DNA of 64,000 bases, taken from positions 1,116,001 to 1,180,000 of the forward strand of contig AP026127.1 in NCBI GenBank assembly GCA_030295235.1, read 5' to 3'. Under the pieces are notes generated by a model that was given only the letters and a program-made list of their open reading frames with translations, was not told where the DNA came from and made no database searches. The position numbers were made by a program, and so were the translations under genes. The first letter of the stretch is position 1. Each line of letters opens with the position of its first letter. Below, piece by piece: positions 55,738 through 64,000 of the stretch. The stretch comes from Fistulifera solaris. Taxonomy: Eukaryota.

Positions 55738-56115
55738 TCACGTTAGTAATGCAACGTCGATAGCGCATTTGCACTACAACTACTCCGTAATAACTAAAAT
55801 GAATACCGTAAACTTTGTGACAGAGCTATTTTTCTACAGCGCGTTCAGCATCTTCGTTAGAGCAATATTGATAACGCAAACAAAGTGCTGAATGCTCCGC
55901 ACTACGAGCTCCCTTCAGCAGATTTTCAGTGAATGCGTCAAGTAATTCACGATGATTCACGATGTTTACGCAACCAATACCCACCAAGGCAATAAATTGC
56001 CTTGCTACCCACGATTATGTGTCAGTCATCAGTCATGAGGGCACAAACGCAATGAATGAAGTCGATGAAATAAAAACTTTTTCACGAATTTAGATACTGT
56101 AAAAACTCTACTCCT

Positions 56116-57533
56116 CTAATAATCAGCCTCGACGGAATCGGCATTGATGTTCATGTCCAAATCTTCGCCAGTGACGCGTTTGTAAAGATCGAGCATGTCC
56201 TCCACATCCTTCTCAAAGTGCGACGTGGCATCCAATGACTTGGCAATATAGCAATTGTCCTTGGAGCCGTCCTCAACCGGTTCGTAGACCGTCGACACGC
56301 TGATAAAGTAGTTCTGAATGGACCCGAGAAGCTGCAATCCAGGGGCGACATCCTCTTCTGGTTTGTCTTTCTCCGCGGTACAGCTCACAATGGCAATGGT
56401 AATACCCGGTGCACACACGTTGAGACCGTGACCGACCGCACACACAAAGACATCCGACTTGCGGCCCACTTGCGGTCCAGGGATAACGATCTGTACCGAC
56501 TCCAACGGTTCACCTTGTCCGAGCGACATGCCAGCAAAGTTGGTCGTGTTCGTTCCCGGAATAGGATGATCTAGGATGCAGATGCAACGAATGACTTTAC
56601 TGGATGCGCGGATCTTGGAAGCATCAAAGTAAGACGGGTCTCCAATAATCATGGGCGCCTTGGCCATTTGGTTGCCAGCCTTCACTCCCGTCGCCTTGCC
56701 ATCTTCAAAGATGATCTCATCAATGTCCTGATTTAACATGAATGTACCACCGTGGACCGCACAGATTCGAGAGAAGCTTTCCGGAAGACCACCAAGACCA
56801 TAGAGAGGGTAGATGTAGGGCGAAGTTCCGTAACGCGTCATCGAATACATGTACGTTTGCAATGCCTTCACCGTGGGCAGAGCGGGCTCATCCATGTGCT
56901 TCTCGTCGAGCTGAAGGCACATGGCGTGAGAAATGAACTGTTGCGTATCCGCATTCAAACCAAAGGCAGCATAAAGCTCTTTCATGGTCATCTTGGTGAG
57001 ATCACGACCCTCATGCGTTGACGGGTCTTCCGCTTTGTACGAATCCGCAAAGATGAGAAACTTTCGAAATTTGGGCTTTTCCCACATTCCCATAATGGGA
57101 GTGTTGAGTGCTTCCTGTGGCGTCGCCGGGATTTTGTGGATTTTCCCATTGCGGTACACGAACGACCCCGCAATGCTTTTGAACTCGAGATAGCGCGTAA
57201 CTTTCGTGTGCAAGAGCATCTTGGTGAGACTTCCCGTTGCCATGATGAACTTGGGAATCAAGTCAATGTTGTATTCACGATTCGCCCCGAGACTTTCGGG
57301 GGTGTGCCTCCTTGAAACTTCTCGAACAAGGTCGTCAAGTTCAACGACGCTCCGTCTCCGCCGTAGTAGCCATTGCGGTCGACCTGGAGGACGCGTTTGC
57401 CCTTCACCGACAACAGACCCGAAATGACGCATTCTTTCAAACCTGTTCCAAGAACAATAGCGTCATACTCGCCATCGGCAAGAGCTTCCATTCCTTCCGG
57501 AAGCCAGTCAAAGGTGGGCTGATGAGCAGACAT
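56116..57533 (-). CDS. GDI1: Rab GDP-dissociation inhibitor
   Basis: [71 protein letters not shown]; frameshift near 57305. Confidence 0.96.
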
Positions 57534-58259
57534 AATAGATCCGTTAGATCGAATTCAATGCAGTCATTTCTGATTTCTCACGTCGATTTGTCGTTCTCTT
57601 TCGCTTCTCTTACCTTGGGTTCATCTTCCGACATGATTTTGGATATTTGATTGTAAAAGACTAAGAAGGTTAGATGGTTATTGCTTTGTTGCAACCGAAA
57701 CAACAGAATGAAAACGAAAAACTTTCGATGCAGCGAGCAAAAATCTTCGCGCATAAAGGCTTGCTGTCTACGTAGTCAATCCCTTGTACTTTTGAAGCTA
57801 TACTGAAAACCCTCAACGGATCCTTGACGGACCTAAGGACAGATAATTAGATGATGTTCTATTCTATTCCGTATTTGCTTCCTTCCTTCTTTGATAACAA
57901 AAAAGAACTTAGGCAAACAATAATCGCTCTTATGCATGGCTAAATAGATGGTTCAAGTGCTTTAAAGTAACTTTCATGCATGATGTAACAAAGTCAAACA
58001 AGATAAATTTTCCGGGACTGGAAGGCAGCCGAGTCGTCTTCGTCAAATCACGCCACTTCGTGGCCACTTCTACTCTCCTCGTAAAAACTAAAGCAGCGAG
58101 ACCATCGAAGCTAGATTAGATTAATCATAACATGCTTCAGTCGATGACATATTCATTGTTGTAAAATATTCCTAGCTGCCTCGTAAGGCTACGATTGAGT
58201 CGTCGGTCTTCGTAGAAGACATCCACACTCCCGCTTACTATATCACAACAATACGACTT

Positions 58260-59918
58260 TTAGTTGTATCTCATTGAGGGCATCGCCCCAAACAAAACCT
58301 GGAATACCCGTGGGTCGACATCGGCCAAATTGTCCTCCCATTCGTTTCGGTCTACATGGTGACAATCGGAGGGTGAAAATTTGCGCGAAGCGTACCATCG
58401 GACGAGCACGAGCAGAGCATCTAAGCCATTGCATCGGGTCCGCGTCGCCTTTCCGTTATGAGTCGGCATCGAATCGATTAAATCATATGAATAAGATGAA
58501 CTGTTACCATTCTTGTCGTAGTATTTGACCAGACTGATAACGTGCTCTCGAAAAAACAATGTGGCTCCAGCTTTATTACGCGCCTGCGCCAACAATTTCA
58601 AAAATTCTTGCAAGTGTTCCGAATTCAAGATATTTCCTCCTGCAGCGCCAAGGAACTTGTCCTGCGGTAACAAGTTCTGATCAACGAGGTGATCATGCAC
58701 GTCCGATGGAATGATGAGAGCATGGCCACCCAATCCAAGTTTCGAGCGTATTTCTTTCAAAAGCGGACCACATTGACGATCTATGACATGAACAACCACC
58801 GAATCTTGAATAACCGAAGGCGACTGCAAGTGATGTGATACAACGAGGGCCGATATGACAGTACAGCCGTTCGTTGATGCACTGATTCTGCCTTGAAATG
58901 TGTTGATGGTACTGACTGTGATTTTTCCTTCCCTTATATACCGTTTGTATTCCGATTCGTATTGCGCTTGAAGGGTTTGCAGCGGTATTTTCTTTTGCGG
59001 ACTCCGTATGAGCGGTTTACTACTAGCGTCCGTCGGTATGTGATAGGAAAGAAGAGGAGCAGAAGCACCATGTCCGAATTGATTATCATCCCCTAGTACA
59101 TTGCTTGCACTAACAAACCCATCCTGAGGCGGAGCACTCGGTGTTGCACCGAATGCTTGATCGTACGATGGCGGAGGAGGGGCCGATGGTGGCATCGGTA
59201 CATAAGGCAAAGCACCAGGTAGTAGCGGAAGAGGCAAATCTTGTCCGTCATTGCTGTCATCATCGTCACTCAGCATGCTATATTTGGTGGACGGCTTCCC
59301 ACGTGACGCTTCCCCTGATGATTGTCGTTGGCTCGATTGACAGCCGTTTTCTTTGAACCGCTGCAAATTCCGTAATTTATCAAGAGCCGATGCAGCAATT
59401 GTATTTTGATCCTTTGTCGTATCCGTATTTTGTTGCTGTTTTATTCGCTCTTGAAACGCCGCGAGCTTTTCTTGATGCTTCCGGTCTTGTTCAATCGCTT
59501 CTCGTCGCTCTCGTTCTTCAGCTGCTTTCTGTTTGTATTCTTCGTAAATATCCATAATTTCCGCCACTTTTTCTATCTTCTCCACAACCTTTTGCATTTG
59601 TAGTGTATGCCGACGTTGCAGCGGCGCAAATTTGGCCGTCCCATAATATCCATGCTTCGGAAGTTGATCCATACAAAATATACAATATCGCTTTCCGTAG
59701 ACATAAGCATCATCCAAGCACGAATCTCGGGCAGGATTCCAATCATGAATGTCGCCTTGAGAAGCAAACTCGTACGCCATTTGAAATGACTGATATACTT
59801 TGTCGGCTGCTTCGTAATAACGATCCAGTTGAAAGAAGTTACTGACTTGAGGGACCGACAGTGAGTCCCTCAAACTTTTTCGTCGTGCATCGCTGGGCCG
59901 CGAGCTTCCAGTAACCAT
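58260..59918 (-). CDS. Protein with AMSH/USP8-like N-terminal helical domain and putative cysteine-protease C-terminal domain
   Basis: 552-aa ORF. N-terminal LDRYYEAAD..AYVYGKRY..LPKHGYY, coiled coil, PPPPSY, and C-terminal STNGCTVIS / LFFREHVISL / YDLIDS. Confidence 0.65.
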   Translation of the reverse strand: MVTGSSRPSDARRKSLRDSLSVPQVSNFFQLDRYYEAADKVYQSFQMAYEFASQGDIHDWNPARDSCLDDAYVYGKRYCIFCMDQLPKHGYYGTAKFAPLQRRHTLQMQKVVEKIEKVAEIMDIYEEYKQKAAEERERREAIEQDRKHQEKLAAFQERIKQQQNTDTTKDQNTIAASALDKLRNLQRFKENGCQSSQRQSSGEASRGKPSTKYSMLSDDDDSNDGQDLPLPLLPGALPYVPMPPSAPPPPSYDQAFGATPSAPPQDGFVSASNVLGDDNQFGHGASAPLLSYHIPTDASSKPLIRSPQKKIPLQTLQAQYESEYKRYIREGKITVSTINTFQGRISASTNGCTVISALVVSHHLQSPSVIQDSVVVHVIDRQCGPLLKEIRSKLGLGGHALIIPSDVHDHLVDQNLLPQDKFLGAAGGNILNSEHLQEFLKLLAQARNKAGATLFFREHVISLVKYYDKNGNSSSYSYDLIDSMPTHNGKATRTRCNGLDALLVLVRWYASRKFSPSDCHHVDRNEWEDNLADVDPRVFQVLFGAMPSMRYN

Positions 59919-60316
59919 AATTTCTTGTAGTTCTGATTGTATTTAATCAAGTTGAAACAAAAGGCAAGTAAAATGCTATGAATGGTAAGATAGTTGGGCA
60001 GAACGAAGTGGTCTTTTCATCCGCTGCATCATGGTCGAAAAGAAAAAAAGCGCGGCGGCAAGATTTGTGTCGTACAAGAGAAATATTAAGGTTAAAGCTA
60101 TATGACACGTACAACGCACGCACCCCGCTTTGCTGACGTACTTCTATCACGACTCACACACTCAGTGCAGCACAAAATGAAGAGACTATGACGTGTCACA
60201 GCTAAAAATCAAAGATCCGACCAAAATCCGACATCGAATGCACACTAAAAGGAGAAGCCGAGTAATGACAAGGAAGAGTTAACACTCTAAAATCGCTGAA
60301 GACTGAAGAGAGAACA

Positions 60317-61690
60317 ATGCTTTTGCGACATACGTATTTGAAGCCGGCATTCGTCGCGCTAGCTGCGCTGACGAGCACACACGGCTTTCTATTCGGACAA
60401 AAGCCCTCTTCGTTCGGTAAAGTCGAATTGGCACATCGTAGCCCGCATCCTTCTGCCCAAGACGTACTATCTTGTCTTCATATGAGCCAGAAGAAGAATG
60501 CCAACGATGCTGTAGAGAAATGGATGAAGTCTTCTCTGTTTACTTTGGGCCTCATTGCTGCGACTTGGATGCCTCTCCCCAGCACACCCTTCGGACCACA
60601 AGTCGCCGGTGCCGCGTCAGATTCTGCCAATATCGTCTCTTGCCTGTTCGACAAATGCAAGGTTCCTCTCGCAAAATGTATTGCCAATCCCATGTGCTTA
60701 GCGAACGTTGTGTGCATCAATACTTGCAACGGAAAAGACGACGAAATCGGATGTCAAATCAAGTGCGGTGATATATTTGAAAACTCGGTCGTAGGCGAAT
60801 TCAATAACTGTGCTGTGTCACAAATGAGTTGTGTGCCGCAAAAACAAGACGAAGGTTTTTATCCAATTCCACCCGAAGAAAACGTGGTCCCCAAATTCAA
60901 TACCAAACTCTTCCGCGGTCGCTGGTATATTACGGCGGGCCAGAATCCTCTCTTTGACATTTTCCCTTGTCAAGTGCACTTTTTCACAGAACCGGAACCA
61001 GGAACGTTTTTGGTCAACTCAATTGGCGTGTTGAAAACCCGGACGGCGAGTTCTTCACCCGCGATGCTTTACAACGATTTGTGCAGGACCCCAAACAGCC
61101 AGCCCATTTGATCAATCACGACAATGAATATTTGCATTACAAAGACGACTGGTACATTATTGACTTTGAGTACGATGACAACAAAGACGGCTTTCCTCCC
61201 TTTGCTTTTGTGTATTACAGAGGTAGTAACGATGCTTGGGATGGATACGGAGGAGCGGTCATTTACACGCGCGATTCGAAATTTCCGGAATCGTTGCGAC
61301 CGCGGTTGCAGGCTGCCGCCAAAAAAAGTGAACATGGACTTTGATAAGGACTTTACTTTGACCGACAACTCCTGTCCTGTGGATTTATCGCCACAGGAGA
61401 AGTTGTTGCTGCGTGAAAAATTCTTGGGTGACGCATTGTTGCAGACGGAGAAACAGCTCCAAGTGCAAGCGACAAAGGCGCGTGGTAATGCTGTAAGCTT
61501 GATCAAAACAGAGGAGAAACAAGCCGAGAAGGCGCTGGAAGAATTTGCAAAGTTAACGACCGAGTTTGAGAATGAAGTCATCAAAGACGCAGAATTACTG
61601 GAAAAGGAATTAGAGAAGGATATTGGTCTCGTCAAGACCGAGATTGTAAATGACTTGAGTGCTTTGCTAAATGGAGATAAAAAGAAGTAA
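60317..61690 (+). CDS. VDE: Violaxanthin (diadinoxanthin) de-epoxidase
   Basis: Bipartite presequence, Cys-rich domain (CIANPMCLANVVCINTCN, CQIKCGDIFEN), lipocalin (GRWYITAGQNP, YKDDWYI, YYRGSNDAWDGYGGAVIYTR) and Glu-rich tail. Frameshifts near 61010 and 61325. Confidence 0.95.
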
Positions 61691-61926
61691 AGCTTATATT
61701 ACTGAGCGCTCGAATTAACAACTTCATAGCTCTTTTCAAGCTGCTTGGCATACTTGTCAGGTTCTTATTCCTACGGCGCAATCCACCAAACAGATCGGCC
61801 AGTTTGTGCGACACCTGATATAGATTACTCACTTATCTCAACGCAGTACAGCATCATCTAGTAGACGTAAACTAAAGCTACGAATCACAAGTCAACATTC
61901 GTTGTGAAGGCCAGTTACAGCTAATA

Positions 61927-63466
61927 TCATGTCGAAGAATGAGATGCTCGTTTCGCAGAATGAATCGACTGAGTTCGTCGGCAACGTTTCTGAGGAGATT
62001 CACCTCTATCAAGGTCACCCAGCTGCAGAGGCTCAATTAGTTCATACAATGTGTCAATGTGGTCCGACAAAAAAAGAGCAGAACGCTGGAAGTCGTTCGA
62101 AGCACTTTCCATCAAAGTGGTAGCCACCATCGATGGTCGGACGGGATCTTGCTTTACATGCTGGCCGGATGAACCCCAATAAAAGCGATTCAACATGTAG
62201 AGTTTATCGACAAGAAGCCCGTCCGAGTAAACTCTATCTTTACCATCTGTCACTGTAACATTTCGGCTATGAGAAGAAGGCTCGCAGAAAACAGTAGTTG
62301 GGACCAAAATCTTCTTGATCGGCTGCAGCTTTGAGGGTACGCAGTCTTTTGTGATCCTTCAAGCCATTGAAAAGTTTTTGTAAGTATGGTCCCCAAAACG
62401 GTTCTTCCTCACAATCACTCAAACAAAGAACCTGCAAGTTAATATTCGAGTGTGCGGCTCGGATGAGTTCCTGTACAACATAGTCTGGCAGTTCGAAATT
62501 AGACCCATAAAACTTGATATCGAGCTCCAAGAAATGGCCCAATTCAGCGACACGCCTCCAAAACGACACCATGAGGTCCGTGGGAAAGAACTCGTCTTCA
62601 ATACCGACCGAGAGACAGAGTTTCTTAGCCACAATGTTCAAGACCGACAAGTCAGTATCTAACGCAGACGCCGAGAAAATGCAATAGTCAAGGGACTCTA
62701 CTTTTGCGGTCAACGGGAGAAGAGCAAGTTCGTCGTTTTCCAGAATCGGTAATTCCAAATGATCTAGCACTTCCAGATCCAAAAGCAGTTTGAGGTTTTC
62801 GTCATTCAATGCATCGCAATCAATAGCTAATGAACCAAACGCTGCTGTACGCATTTTTAGCGCATCAACAAACGCAGTGCCCTTGTCTTCAAATATGCAT
62901 TCCGACATGTACAACCACATAGGTTGAGGTCTCGTGGCCAAAGCAACAGATTGTGCTACACTTAGTTTAATTGCATTCAATTCCATTTGAAATGACGGTA
63001 CCGTGTCCATCAAACGCTGGAGACATTGATCTCCCGCAGCACGAAAATCAAAGTCAGTGCGGTTGAATCTTACTAACAGATAAGGGTTGTTTTTCAGTGT
63101 CGATTCCTCCAAATTCAAGAAATAGGCTGCCGTTTGTGCGATTGCGTCGTCGCTTTTGCCAATAATGTAAAAGGTAGGACCTTTTTCCCAGGAGCTCAAC
63201 AAGAGGTATCTCTGACTGTAGTCACAACTGTGCGAAGAGTCGCCTTGCATGTGCGGTATGATATGCGTGAGCGTGTCGTTCTCTCGCCAAATAGTCACGG
63301 TATCCTCATTGGAGCAAATCTCTTCTAAGTTAATGGGATCACGCAGCAATTGATACGTCGATTGTCCGCTCCCTTAACGCCAGCGAGATACTTGCACCGG
63401 TTTGAGCAGAGACGACGGAATTTCTTGCAGCAAAGGACCCCTCGCTTCGTGGTTGGTCTTCATCAT
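61927..63466 (-). CDS. Member of an expanded diatom RNI/LRR-like hypothetical family
   Basis: ORFs 63374-63556, 62267-63349 and 61927-62307. Leu-rich helical repeats and a C-terminal LNRFY...ESASNDFQRSALFLSDH pattern recalled from Fistulifera-type proteins (not verified). Confidence 0.6.
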
Positions 63467-64000
63467 GTTTGAGATTGATGAGAGGTTTGATGTCAAGAAC
63501 TCGAGGATCAAGATATTATGCTCTTTAATAATGTGCAAAATGGGACATGAAGACAACGCTACCAGGTAAAGTTGAGTTTTCGCCTTCCTTCAACGACATG
63601 TTTGAATTCTGGAGGGAAAGTTTTTTATTTGCTTTGAGCTTTGAATGACAATGGAAAAAGGACTCAGCTACTGTAAGGTTATGGCTCATTCCGCTCTGTG
63701 CTCTGTGAAGAACACGGTTTAAACAAGCCACTGCATTGTACATTTCCGGTACTGGCATTATTTGGGACTGTGGCTTTCGTGACACAAACGCAAGAAGAAC
63801 TGTGATTGTCCGTACCAATAGACCCTGTAGTCGTTGACATTTTGTTGATCCAGAATGTAATAAAGACGAAAGAGAAAGAGTGGAACTGTGGTTGCCGTGA
63901 CAATAATGACCGGACGTTTCGTTTAGGCTATAATGTAGACGAATCCTTTAACCCCTTCAACAAGCGGAATCTCCGGCTTTATTGCAGGTTGCAGGGCCGC

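Noticed and set aside
56116..57432. Novel N-terminus of the 438-aa GDI ORF
   Set aside because: The true N-terminus is in the overlapping ORF 57258-57533; the apparent extension is a frameshift artefact.

Overview
Gene-dense eukaryotic nuclear DNA, very likely from a pennate diatom. Support: short GT-AG introns, violaxanthin de-epoxidase, bipartite plastid presequences, and a family at 62-63 kb that resembles from memory Fistulifera-type expanded proteins. About 25 protein genes are recognisable: UPF2, RIO1, an HSF factor, LKR/SDH, PPWD1 cyclophilin, an ankyrin protein, menB, CAF-1 p150, a FAM173-like methyltransferase, peroxiredoxin II, uL13m, a CHK2-like kinase, a divergent SET protein, Rab GDI, VDE and several hypotheticals. 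Most long genes are broken by 1-bp frameshifts, often in homopolymers, which most likely reflects an unpolished long-read assembly. The most notable signals are: (1) a nested element at 19.0-21.9 kb, where a tandem ~165-bp mini-Helitron carries a (CA)n tract that appears to have been hit repeatedly by a CRE-clade retrotransposon with a restriction-like endonuclease; (2) two tandem arrays 23 kb apart (234-bp and ~221-bp units) on opposite strands that share ordered motif blocks; (3) two MITEs; (4) a protein joining an AMSH/USP8-like N-terminus to a putative papain-fold, MINDY-like protease domain. All calls come from reading the sequence and ORF track; no searches were run.
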